Positions 42,629 through 51,222 of a stretch of DNA of 64,000 bases are shown here, one piece after another. Source of the DNA: Bacillota bacterium (GTDB lineage Bacteria; Bacillota; Clostridia; Christensenellales; UBA1242); contig WRCD01000005.1 in NCBI GenBank assembly GCA_009784185.1, positions 1,868 through 65,867 on the forward strand. The letters are read 5' to 3'. The position numbers and the translations under genes are program-made. The notes under the pieces are model-generated. The model did no database searches. It saw only the letters and a list, made by a program, of their open reading frames with translations, and had not been told where the DNA came from. The first letter of the stretch is position 1; every line of letters starts with the position of its first letter.

Positions 42629-43558
42629 ATGAAAATTGGACTGCATAATCATTCGCCCTTTTCGGACGGGCGCCAAACTGTTGAACAAATTATTGAAAAA
42701 GCGGAAAGCGAAGGCGTGACTGACCTGGCCATTACAGACCATGAGTCTTTTGGCGCGGTTCCGTATATCCGTGAAAATAATTTGTATAAAAGACCAAGCA
42801 AGATAAAGATATATCCCGCTATCGAAATTGATTTCAGACATGATGGCATTGCAAATGATGTTTTAATTTATGGCGGGAACATAGAGGAGTTGTCAAAACT
42901 TATTCCAAGTTTGTGCCCGGAACATCTCCAAAAAATTAATATAGAAAAGATTGCTAATTTGCACTATGGATATACGCAATTAGGTTTTAGATTACCACCG
43001 GTAGAACAACTTATGGAAATACAAGCAAAGAGTTCTCAAAAACCTATTGTAGCCTTTCTTGTTGGACTGAATAAGTTTAAAGAGTATAATGACGGAATGT
43101 GGGCTAAACACAATGCAATTGAACGTTATCAGCAAGTAAATTTTCAAAAAGCTTTTGTAACCGGAAAAGGTGCTCCCTATTTTCGTGAAAGCAAATATAA
43201 AAAACCAAACCTTGACGAGTTAAGACAAGCAGCAACCAAGATAGACGGCAAATTATTTCTTGCACATCCAAACCGGATGAAGCCGCACGACATGAAGCAC
43301 ATTGTTAATTACGGGCTTGCAAACAATATTTTTGACGGTATAGAAGTTTACTATCCAAACATGACCGAGCAACAGTTTAGTGATACCCACAAACTTGCAA
43401 CAGACAATGGCTTACTTATAAGCGGCGGAACAGACAGCCATACATTATCAGAGCCCGTAGGAATTGCTACAACCGATAAAACACAAGCAGGGCAAAACAT
43501 ATATTACGTTGACGAATGTGAGTTTAACTGGCTAAAAGATATTGAACTAATTTGTTAA
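42629..43558 (+). CDS. PHP-domain metal-dependent phosphoesterase
   Basis: MKIGLHNHSPFSDGRQTVEQIIEKAESEGVTDLAITDHE .. GGTDSH are PHP motifs. Confidence 0.75.
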   Translation: MKIGLHNHSPFSDGRQTVEQIIEKAESEGVTDLAITDHESFGAVPYIRENNLYKRPSKIKIYPAIEIDFRHDGIANDVLIYGGNIEELSKLIPSLCPEHLQKINIEKIANLHYGYTQLGFRLPPVEQLMEIQAKSSQKPIVAFLVGLNKFKEYNDGMWAKHNAIERYQQVNFQKAFVTGKGAPYFRESKYKKPNLDELRQAATKIDGKLFLAHPNRMKPHDMKHIVNYGLANNIFDGIEVYYPNMTEQQFSDTHKLATDNGLLISGGTDSHTLSEPVGIATTDKTQAGQNIYYVDECEFNWLKDIELIC

Positions 43559-43568
43559 TGATGGCTTA

Positions 43569-43597
43569 AAAAAAACGGCTTACGCCGTTTTTTGTTT
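43569..43597. terminator. Bidirectional terminator
   Basis: AAAAAAAACGGC-ttac-GCCGTTTTTTGTTTT between convergent genes. Confidence 0.8.
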
Positions 43598-43604
43598 TGC
43601 TAAA

Positions 43605-45470
43605 TTACGCAAGTATTAAGCTGCTAAGCGCTATCTCAGTATTCCCGAGTATCCAGAAAGCATTAATTATTCCCGCATCGGGAGTGCTTGCAGTCAGCGT
43701 TTTGCCGTCAACCTCAATCACAAGTCCGCCGGCTGCTCCAAAGCTTATCAGCATATTTCCGAAACCGTTTATTACAACTGCCCCGTTGCCCGTATCACTA
43801 ATCTGACCCAGGTGCGAATCTAACGCCGTACCATTAATGTCATCTGCCCATTTAATACCGCCGTACATTACGTTCATGTAAAGAGTTCCGCCAACATTAG
43901 CAAATCCAAACGCTACCTGGTGGCTCCAGTAACCCGATATTTCAATTCCAAGTATAACTACAAAGTACTGGCCGTCCTGCAAAGTATTTACGGGGTTTAC
44001 ATTACATTCAAGCTCAGCAAGCTGCTCGTTAATTAGCACAAGCGCACCGTACGGCACATCCAAATACGGATTGTCGTTTGGTATAATAACTGTACCGTCA
44101 GGCAGTGCGTTCCACGAATTTCTGGCAGCACCGTTATACTCAAACAAATCAGCTAAGTTTTGCGGCTGTCCGTGCAAAAAGTTAAGCAGTTTCATAAACT
44201 TTGCTTTTGCCCTAGCCAGTATTTCGTCTACTTCGTTAAGAGTAGCTGCGGCATTAACTTCTACAACAAACCCGTCTGCAATACCGGAGAATCTTGCAAG
44301 ATTAGCATAATCATTGCTGTCCAGATACCCCTGAAGGTACGGCACACAAAACGCATCAAACTCCGCAATTGCCTCAGCTATCTTTTCAGCCAGACACTCT
44401 GCACAGCCGGGCTTGTATCCGGCATATGCCTCAGTAAAGTTACGCTTCTGGGTTTCTTTGCAATGTTTGTTTACACAGCCGTATAATGTGTAGCCTTGCT
44501 GTGCTCCGTGCTTACCATGCTTGCAGGTTGGCTCAACAACCTTTATCAGCTTTTTAAACTTATGTCCCAATGCATCAACATAACTGTCTATCACAACCTC
44601 TCCGCAGGCCTGGCAAACATAGGTGGTAAACCCTTGCTCGGTACACGTCGGCTTTGTTACAACACCTGTACCGTAAAAATGCAAGGTTTGGTTTTTGTTT
44701 AAAGCCTCCGCCTCAAACACTTTGTGGTTTGCATTTATCTGCACTGTTACCTTTGTAAATGTGCATACATCGCCTTCCCACGCCAACTGGTTCCAGTACG
44801 CATCACTGCCCAGACCTACCGGGCAAGTCAGTTTGCCCGCTGCCCTTATTGATTCATAGTCAGCTCCGCCCAGAGCAAGCGCCAGTGCAAGTTTCATTCC
44901 GGTTGTACTCATTTTGCCTATTATATCGTCACCGTTATAAACCGTAACCACAATTAAATCTACGTGTTCAAACTCGCTCCAGTTAAAGTTAAATCCAACC
45001 GTAATATAATGCCCTGCGCTCATCCATTGTACATCTTCAAATTCAATCACGGCTTCCGTTCCAAGCAATACACCCAACGCAGACTGAATCAGGTCATTAA
45101 CTTGTGCGGCATCAAGCAATCCGCTTACAGCAGCAGCAATTAATGCACTCACCTGACTCTCGTTAAGCAATCCCGTTATAGAAGCATTAATCAAAGCAGT
45201 TACCTGTGCTTCGTTAAGCAGTCCGCTTACTGCCCCGCTGATTAATGTGTTTATCTGCAATTCGTTTAACTTGCCGGCAGTTGCGGCATTAATCAGCGTT
45301 GCTGCCTGTTCTTCTGTAATGTAGCCCCCGTTTTGCACCGCTGCAATTTCGTTTTGGAGCGTATCCAGTCTGCTGCCTTGATTATTTATTTTCACAAGGT
45401 TAAACACACCAACACCGGCCAGCACTAAAACTGCCATGCACACAGCAACAACATATATATACTTTTTCAT
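43605..45470 (-). CDS. Secreted/anchored protein with ~18-aa tandem repeats and a Cys-rich module
   Basis: The N-terminal anchor is MKKYIYVVAVCMAVLVLAGVGVF. Four to five repeats of the (A/V)SGLLNEAQV(T/S)ALI type follow, then the Cys cluster CTEQGFTTYVCQACG .. CKHGKHG .. CVNKHC .. CAEC. Confidence 0.65.
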   Translation of the reverse strand: MKKYIYVVAVCMAVLVLAGVGVFNLVKINNQGSRLDTLQNEIAAVQNGGYITEEQAATLINAATAGKLNELQINTLISGAVSGLLNEAQVTALINASITGLLNESQVSALIAAAVSGLLDAAQVNDLIQSALGVLLGTEAVIEFEDVQWMSAGHYITVGFNFNWSEFEHVDLIVVTVYNGDDIIGKMSTTGMKLALALALGGADYESIRAAGKLTCPVGLGSDAYWNQLAWEGDVCTFTKVTVQINANHKVFEAEALNKNQTLHFYGTGVVTKPTCTEQGFTTYVCQACGEVVIDSYVDALGHKFKKLIKVVEPTCKHGKHGAQQGYTLYGCVNKHCKETQKRNFTEAYAGYKPGCAECLAEKIAEAIAEFDAFCVPYLQGYLDSNDYANLARFSGIADGFVVEVNAAATLNEVDEILARAKAKFMKLLNFLHGQPQNLADLFEYNGAARNSWNALPDGTVIIPNDNPYLDVPYGALVLINEQLAELECNVNPVNTLQDGQYFVVILGIEISGYWSHQVAFGFANVGGTLYMNVMYGGIKWADDINGTALDSHLGQISDTGNGAVVINGFGNMLISFGAAGGLVIEVDGKTLTASTPDAGIINAFWILGNTEIALSSLILA

Positions 45471-45527
45471 TTATTCTCCTTTTATTAAATGAATTAAAAT
45501 ATATATATGTGTGTGCAGTAAAAAAGA

Positions 45528-45563
45528 TTACCTGTTCTCTGTTCCCTGTTCCCTGTTCCTTGT
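45528..45563 (+). repeat. Heptamer array D3 (overlaps the last codons of the TVP38-family gene)
   Basis: TTA CCTGTTC TCTGTTC CCTGTTC CCTGTTC CTTGT. Read on the minus strand it gives ..TRNREQGTENR*. Confidence 0.8.
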
Positions 45564-46304
45564 AAAAAGTCCGTAAACCCACGCCTCCAGTTTGTCTCCG
45601 TACAAAAGCGACAGAATCATAGCGGCAATTGCAACCTGAGTTATTACAATGTAATACCAGACCGGCAAACCCGCAAAGGCAATGCTTCCGAGTAATACAT
45701 ACAGCAATGTCCGCCATGGCCGCCCCAAAAAGCATATAATCAGATATTTCCACCATTTGATTTTAGTTAAGCCCAATATATAGCTCAGCACGTCCGCCGG
45801 CATGGTAGGAATCAGCATAAACACAGTAGTAAGCGTAAGGTTTTCACCGTTAATATATTTTTCGTATCTTGTAAGGTTGCGCTTGCTAACCATCCGCTCA
45901 ACAAACTTCCTGCCTAAAATCCTGCTTAAGAAAAATGTTGTCATGTTGCCCGCTATACACATAACAAACGCCGCAAAAAATCCGACTAACGGGCCAAACA
46001 GCATACCTCCGCAAAACGATATGGCTCCTGCGGGAATAAACACCACAAACATACTGACATACTGCAGCAGCATAAACATAAATACCGGAGCCGCACCCGA
46101 ACCTTCTATCCAGCCGCGCACCTTATCCACTCCGCTCATTAAGTTATCGGCCATAATCTGCTCAAGATTAATTGCATATGCAATTAAGAATATTCCAACA
46201 TTAAGCCCTATTAACGCAAGCCCGCAAACCACCCACAAAATTATTTTTGTGCGTTTGCTGAATTTTCTTTTGGGTGTTGTTGATTTTTGATGCTGTTCTT
46301 CCAT
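45528..46304 (-). CDS. TVP38/TMEM64 (DedA-related) family membrane protein
   Basis: FIPAGAISFCGGMLFGPLVGFFAAFVMCIAGNMTTFFLSRILGRKFVE is the family core motif. Confidence 0.8.
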   Translation of the reverse strand: MEEQHQKSTTPKRKFSKRTKIILWVVCGLALIGLNVGIFLIAYAINLEQIMADNLMSGVDKVRGWIEGSGAAPVFMFMLLQYVSMFVVFIPAGAISFCGGMLFGPLVGFFAAFVMCIAGNMTTFFLSRILGRKFVERMVSKRNLTRYEKYINGENLTLTTVFMLIPTMPADVLSYILGLTKIKWWKYLIICFLGRPWRTLLYVLLGSIAFAGLPVWYYIVITQVAIAAMILSLLYGDKLEAWVYGLFTRNREQGTENR

Positions 46305-46336
46305 ATGTATTTATAATATCCTAATTTTGCTTCTAT

Positions 46337-46468
46337 AATTCCCCTCTATAAGAGGGGTGGATACGACCGAGTAAAACGAGAGAGTAGACGGGGTGTGGCA
46401 GTAAAGCAATCAGTTTGAGCAACCACACCCCGTCGGCTGCGCCGCCACCCCTCTTATAGAGGGGAATT
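46337..46468. repeat. Family-A repeat, inverted pair with ~50-nt centre
   Basis: AATTCCCCTCTATAAGAGGGGTGGATACGACCGAG..GACGGGGTGTGGCAG...CCACACCCCGTCGGCTGCGCCGCCACCCCTCTTATAGAGGGGAATT. Confidence 0.85.
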
Positions 46469-46484
46469 TTCGTTTCATATCTGC

Positions 46485-47039
46485 TCATCCCTTGTTAAGC
46501 AAGTTAATCTTCGTCTCAAAGTTAACCCTTGCGCAATTGCCGCATTGCATCCAAATAATCTTGCCGCTCGTTGGTATTCCGTAAAAATATGCCGCCATTG
46601 CGTACAAGTTTGCACTATGCCCTACTATCAAGATATTTTCGTCCTTGTCGTCATGCCTGGCTTTAATTTCATCTATTGCCTTAAAAATGCGGTCAAAATA
46701 CTTTTTACAGGTTTCCAGCTTGCTGTTTTTGTAGTTGTAGTTAAGGTAATTCTTCCACCATTCTTTTTCTTCCGGGCTGTTGGGGGTATATTGCAGTTTA
46801 AACCGCTCGGTCAGTTCCGGCATAACCACAACCGGCGCCTTAAGCTTTTTACTTAAAATTACGGCAGACTGATATGCCCGCTTTAACGGTGAGCTGTATA
46901 TAACCTTAATATTGTTTTTCTTATAATATGCAGCTGCCCGCGCAACTTCGCGCCGGCCGGCAAAGGTTAAGCCCAGGTCATCAAACTTTCTGGCACCATG
47001 CGCCTTGTCATCACCATGCCTGATAAAACATATTTTCAT
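46485..47039 (-). CDS. Histidine phosphatase (phosphoglycerate-mutase-like) family protein
   Basis: MKICFIRHGDD contains the RHG motif, followed by SSPLKRAYQSA and VGHSANL. GGAG precedes the ATG at 47039. The track start at 47210 reads through a repeat. Confidence 0.8.
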   Translation of the reverse strand: MKICFIRHGDDKAHGARKFDDLGLTFAGRREVARAAAYYKKNNIKVIYSSPLKRAYQSAVILSKKLKAPVVVMPELTERFKLQYTPNSPEEKEWWKNYLNYNYKNSKLETCKKYFDRIFKAIDEIKARHDDKDENILIVGHSANLYAMAAYFYGIPTSGKIIWMQCGNCARVNFETKINLLNKG

Positions 47040-47100
47040 GTGTTGTGTTCTCCTAGGCCTTATATTATCAAAGTACCACAAAAAACACAAGCAGATTAAA

Positions 47101-47139
47101 CCACCCCGCCCTTTGGGCACCCCTCCAAGGAGGGGAATT
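47101..47139 (-). repeat. Family-A repeat (reverse orientation)
   Basis: CCACCCCGCCCTTTGGGCACCCCTCCAAGGAGGGGAATT. Confidence 0.85.
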
Positions 47140-47194
47140 TTTGTACTGAAAAGCCACCAGCAACGCTGATGGCTTTTCACCGTACTGCCCAGAA

Positions 47195-48673
47195 TCACAG
47201 CAAAATACAAATAATTCCGCCGCGGCCTTCGTTTACAATCTTAGTCAGGGTCTTGCGCATTTTCTTTTGCGCTTCCAATGGCATACTGTTAAGCTTGCCC
47301 GCAAGACCCTCTCCCATAAGCTGAGCTATGCTTTTACCAAACATATTGGTTTCCCACAGTCTCTTGGGGTCAATAGCCTGCTCACCCCTTAAGTATTCTG
47401 CCAGGTCATGGCTTTGCTGCTCAGTACCTACTATCGGATTAATTTCAGTATTAAGGTCCACCCGCATAATATGCAAGCTTCTGGCGGTTGCTGCTAAGCG
47501 GACTCCAAATCTGCTGCCGTTTCTTACAATCTCGGGCTCACCAAGCACAATATCGCCTTCGGCCGGCAGCACAATTCCGTAACCGGTTTCGTTTACGTCC
47601 AGCAGTGCCTGCTTCATTTTATTGTATTCTCTGCGGGCCACAGACAGCTCGTTCATAAGCGCTACCAACTCAAAATCGTTTTTAATTTCGGTACCGCACT
47701 GAACACTGAGCACCTCATAAAACAAATCTTCCTTGGGCATAATGTCATAAATTATTTTTCCGGCTCCAAGGTCAATGCTCGATATTGTCATCGGGTCAAA
47801 CCGCATACTGGACTCAAACAATACCGTGCTTTTGTTAAAATCGCCAATTTTGGCGGCTCCCACAACCGCTTTTTTTATTTCAACTACAATTTCCTGAATA
47901 ATAGGGTTGTTAAACTCCAGTGCCTGTAGATACGCCGGCAGGTTCACTTCAACCCCAACAAGCGGAAATTCGCTGAGCACATTTGCAAAAACATTGTCAA
48001 TATCGGCCGTCTCAAGCTCAAGCACATTAACTGCCATTACCTTTACGCCGTATAGTTCGGCCAGGTTGTTTGCCAAACTCTTGCTCTCAGGCGCGTTTGG
48101 AGCAACCGTATTCAGCACAATTACAAACGGCTTGTTGTGTTCCTTTAGTTCCTTCACCAGCCTTACCTCAGCCTCCTGATAACTTGCGCGGTTTATGCCG
48201 GTAAAGCTTCCGTCTGCTGTAAGCAGCACCGCAACAGTGCTGTGCTCACTTACTACTTTCTTAGTGCCAAACTCCGCCGCATCTTCAAACGGCATTGCCT
48301 TAGTCTGCCACGGCGTTTTTACCATTCTCGGCTTATTGTCTTCTGTGTGTCCGCCGGCTCCGGTTACCATATAACCAACACAATCTACCATACGCACGTT
48401 AAATGTTGCCTTTTCCGCAATAGTCACCCGCACCGCTTCGTTTGGCACAAACTTTGGCTGAGTGGTCATAATGGTTGTTCCGTCAGCCGCTTGCGGCAAT
48501 TCATCCACGGCACGCTGCCGTACCTGCGGATTTTGAATATTAGGAATTACAAACTTCTCCATAAACTTGGTTATAAATGTAGACTTGCCAACCCTAACCG
48601 GACCAACCACGCCAACATATATATCTCCGCCTGTGCGAAGCGCAATATCCTTATAAACATTAGTTAGCTCCAT
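47195..48673 (-). CDS. spoIVA: Stage IV sporulation protein A (spore coat morphogenetic ATPase)
   Basis: MELTNVYKDIALRTGGDIYVGVVGPVRVGKSTFITKFME, 492 aa, collinear with SpoIVA as I remember it. Confidence 0.9.
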   Translation of the reverse strand: MELTNVYKDIALRTGGDIYVGVVGPVRVGKSTFITKFMEKFVIPNIQNPQVRQRAVDELPQAADGTTIMTTQPKFVPNEAVRVTIAEKATFNVRMVDCVGYMVTGAGGHTEDNKPRMVKTPWQTKAMPFEDAAEFGTKKVVSEHSTVAVLLTADGSFTGINRASYQEAEVRLVKELKEHNKPFVIVLNTVAPNAPESKSLANNLAELYGVKVMAVNVLELETADIDNVFANVLSEFPLVGVEVNLPAYLQALEFNNPIIQEIVVEIKKAVVGAAKIGDFNKSTVLFESSMRFDPMTISSIDLGAGKIIYDIMPKEDLFYEVLSVQCGTEIKNDFELVALMNELSVARREYNKMKQALLDVNETGYGIVLPAEGDIVLGEPEIVRNGSRFGVRLAATARSLHIMRVDLNTEINPIVGTEQQSHDLAEYLRGEQAIDPKRLWETNMFGKSIAQLMGEGLAGKLNSMPLEAQKKMRKTLTKIVNEGRGGIICILL

Positions 48674-48750
48674 TACTAAAAGTCCTCCCCGTATTTTGGA
48701 ATGCTAATGTATATGCTGGCCGAATCTGATTAATGATAACAAAAACAGGA

Positions 48751-49539
48751 CTATCCGTCCTGTTTTTTTGCTTCTTTCTTCTCCGCCTTCTCTTCTTTCT
48801 TCTGCTCTTTCTCTTCCCGTTTTTCGGCTTTAGCGGCTTCCGCTTCCATGCGCTTGGCTTTACGCTCGCGGTCCTTAGCCAAAGCCTTGCCCAAGTCGGT
48901 TACATTTTCTTTACCGACTAAAAACCTTACTATATTACTTCTGAAAGCCCACCATATAACCACAAAATACGCAAACAGCAAGAGACTTACTACCAGGTTA
49001 AACGGCATAAGCACGCTTTGGGCCACTACCAGCACCGCAACGCTGAACATTGAAAACGGCGAGATATACTTAGTCGGCAGAATTGCACTAAGTCCCACAG
49101 CCGCCCAGATTACAAACACAAGCGGTTGCGCCACCGCAAAAACTCCGAGCATGGTAGCGGCACCTTTTCCGCCCTTAAACTTATACAGCACCGGATAAAT
49201 ATGCCCCAGTATTGCCGCCAGACCGCACGCATACATTGCTATCATGGCCTCGGTTAACGAACCATCAACTCCAAACGGAAAGCTTCCGCTGTATGCACCG
49301 CCAAAAACAAACAAACCAATTAATGCCGGGATTGCACCTTTAAGCATATCAAGCACAAGAGTTAGGGCACCCATCTTGGCACCAACGGTACGCAGCATAT
49401 TGGTTGTACCCGGGTTGCCGCTTCCGGTTTTTAAACTGTCCTCGGTTTTAGACAGACGTGTTAAAATCTTAGCAAAATTAATGTTGCCTAAAAAGTAAAA
49501 CGCAACACACAAAATTGCTAACAGCCACCACAGTTCCAT
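48751..49539 (-). CDS. plsY: Glycerol-3-phosphate acyltransferase PlsY with a K/E-rich C-terminal tail
   Basis: GSGNPGTTNMLRT and HIYPVLYKFKGGKGAAT are PlsY motifs. About 55 extra residues follow: ERKAKRMEAEAAKAEKREEKEQKKEEKAEKKEAKKQDG. Confidence 0.85.
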   Translation of the reverse strand: MELWWLLAILCVAFYFLGNINFAKILTRLSKTEDSLKTGSGNPGTTNMLRTVGAKMGALTLVLDMLKGAIPALIGLFVFGGAYSGSFPFGVDGSLTEAMIAMYACGLAAILGHIYPVLYKFKGGKGAATMLGVFAVAQPLVFVIWAAVGLSAILPTKYISPFSMFSVAVLVVAQSVLMPFNLVVSLLLFAYFVVIWWAFRSNIVRFLVGKENVTDLGKALAKDRERKAKRMEAEAAKAEKREEKEQKKEEKAEKKEAKKQDG

Positions 49540-49555
49540 AAGTTACCTCCATATA

Positions 49556-49673
49556 AATTCCCCTCTACAAGAGGGGTGCCACGGAGTGGCGGGGTGTGGT
49601 TGGTTGAAAAGTCTTTGCGCAGCCACACCCCGTCAAACCTGACGGTTTGCCACCCCTCTTATAGAGGGGAATT
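49556..49673. repeat. Family-A repeat, inverted pair
   Basis: AATTCCCCTCTACAAGAGGGGTGCCACGGAGTGGCGGGGTGTGG ... CCACACCCCGTCAAACCTGACGGTTTGCCACCCCTCTTATAGAGGGGAATT. Confidence 0.85.
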
Positions 49674-49680
49674 ATTTACA

Positions 49681-51006
49681 TCAGTTCTTATCTTTTGTCT
49701 TGCTCCTTACATATAGCCTTATAGGCGTGCCGTTAAAATCCACCGCACGCCTTATGGTGTTTTCCAGATACCGCTTATAACTAAAATGCATTAATTCAGG
49801 CGTGTTTACAAACACCGCAAACGCAGGCGGTATGGTTGCAACCTGCGAAACATAATTAATCTTTAAACGCTTGCCGTTTTTGCTTGGCGGTTCGGTAGTA
49901 GCAATTGCATCCTGAATAATTTCGTTTAACAGCCCGGTTGTTATACGTTTTTGAGTGTTTGCCCAAACATACTCAACCTGCTCCATAATCTTACCGAATC
50001 TCTGACCGGTTAACGCACTTATATAAATTGCCACAAAATAATCCATAAACGCTAAATCGGTTTTCAGTTTGTTCTGATATTGGTTTACGGTGTTTTGGTC
50101 TTTCTCCACCAAATCCCACTTGTTGTATACAATCACGCTCGGCTTGCCCTGCTCGTGCACATAGCCGATAATCCGTACATCCTGCTCGGATATTTCTTCA
50201 TGCGCGTCCAGCACACAAACAACCACATCCGCCCGGCGAATTGCCTGAAGCGCACGCATAACGCTGTACCCTTCCACCGACTGGTAATCAATAGCTTTCT
50301 GCCTCCTGATACCTGCAGTATCAATTATTAAGTAATCCTTGCCGTTATATTTAAAAGGCGTATCAATAGCATCACGCGTGGTTCCTGCCACCGGCGAAAC
50401 CACTACCCGCTCGGTTCCGAGTATGCGGTTTGTTATGCTGCTCTTGCCCGCATTAGGCCTGCCTACCACCGCAATCTTAATTCTTGGGTCGTCGTTTAAT
50501 GGCGAAACCTTGGTTTTAAACTGCAGAACACAGGCGTCTAATAAGTCCCCTATCCCCAGGCCGTGCTCACTGCTTATTCCGTATACTTCACCTAAGCCCA
50601 GTGCGTAAAATTCGGTTATAATATGCGGGCTGACCGCATCGGTTTTGTTAACTCCAAGCACAACCGGCCGCTTGCTTTTACGCAGGAGTGCAGCCACTTC
50701 TTTATCGCTCTCCGTCATACCGCTTTTCCCGTCACACATAAACAGAACCACGTCCGCCAGGTCAATTGCAATCTGAGCCTGAGTAATTATATGCTTGTTT
50801 ATCTCGTCGTGACTACCCAGGTCAATTCCGCCGGTGTCTACCATGGTAAACGCGTATCCAGCCCATTCGGCATCTGCATAAATTCTATCGCGCGTAATAC
50901 CCGGAGCATCCTCAACAATGCTTATCCGCCTGCCTGCCAAACGGTTAAAGAATGTAGATTTCCCTACATTCGGCTTTCCAACAATAGCTAGCATTGGTTT
51001 AGACAA
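49681..51006 (-). CDS. der: Ribosome-associated GTPase Der (EngA), tandem G domains
   Basis: GKPNVGKSTFFN and GRPNAGKSSITN are two Walker A motifs, with DTGG and DTAG, and a KH-like C-terminus. Confidence 0.95.
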   Translation of the reverse strand: MSKPMLAIVGKPNVGKSTFFNRLAGRRISIVEDAPGITRDRIYADAEWAGYAFTMVDTGGIDLGSHDEINKHIITQAQIAIDLADVVLFMCDGKSGMTESDKEVAALLRKSKRPVVLGVNKTDAVSPHIITEFYALGLGEVYGISSEHGLGIGDLLDACVLQFKTKVSPLNDDPRIKIAVVGRPNAGKSSITNRILGTERVVVSPVAGTTRDAIDTPFKYNGKDYLIIDTAGIRRQKAIDYQSVEGYSVMRALQAIRRADVVVCVLDAHEEISEQDVRIIGYVHEQGKPSVIVYNKWDLVEKDQNTVNQYQNKLKTDLAFMDYFVAIYISALTGQRFGKIMEQVEYVWANTQKRITTGLLNEIIQDAIATTEPPSKNGKRLKINYVSQVATIPPAFAVFVNTPELMHFSYKRYLENTIRRAVDFNGTPIRLYVRSKTKDKN

Positions 51007-51027
51007 AGATGTACTCCTTAATCAAAT

Positions 51028-51088
51028 AATTCCCCTTTTATGAAGGGGTGGCAGCCGCAGGCTGACGGGGTAGCCGCCCGAAGGGCGC
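51028..51088 (+). repeat. Family-A repeat (long form)
   Basis: AATTCCCCTTTTATGAAGGGGTGGCAGCCGCAGGCTGACGGGGTAGCCGCCCGAAGGGCGC. Confidence 0.85.
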
Positions 51089-51178
51089 ATAACCTTATGA
51101 AATCATACCAAATTAAACTACAAAACACAATTAAAACATCTTATAAAATATTCCATTCCACCGAAGTTCCGTTATCAT

Positions 51179-51222
51179 ATACCCCGCCGCTTCGTGGCAC
51201 CCCTTTATCTTAAAGGGGAATT
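51179..51222 (-). repeat. Family-A repeat (reverse), overlapping the 3' end of the feoB-like ORF
   Basis: ATACCCCGCCGCTTCGTGGCACCCCTTTATCTTAAAGGGGAATT. Confidence 0.85.
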
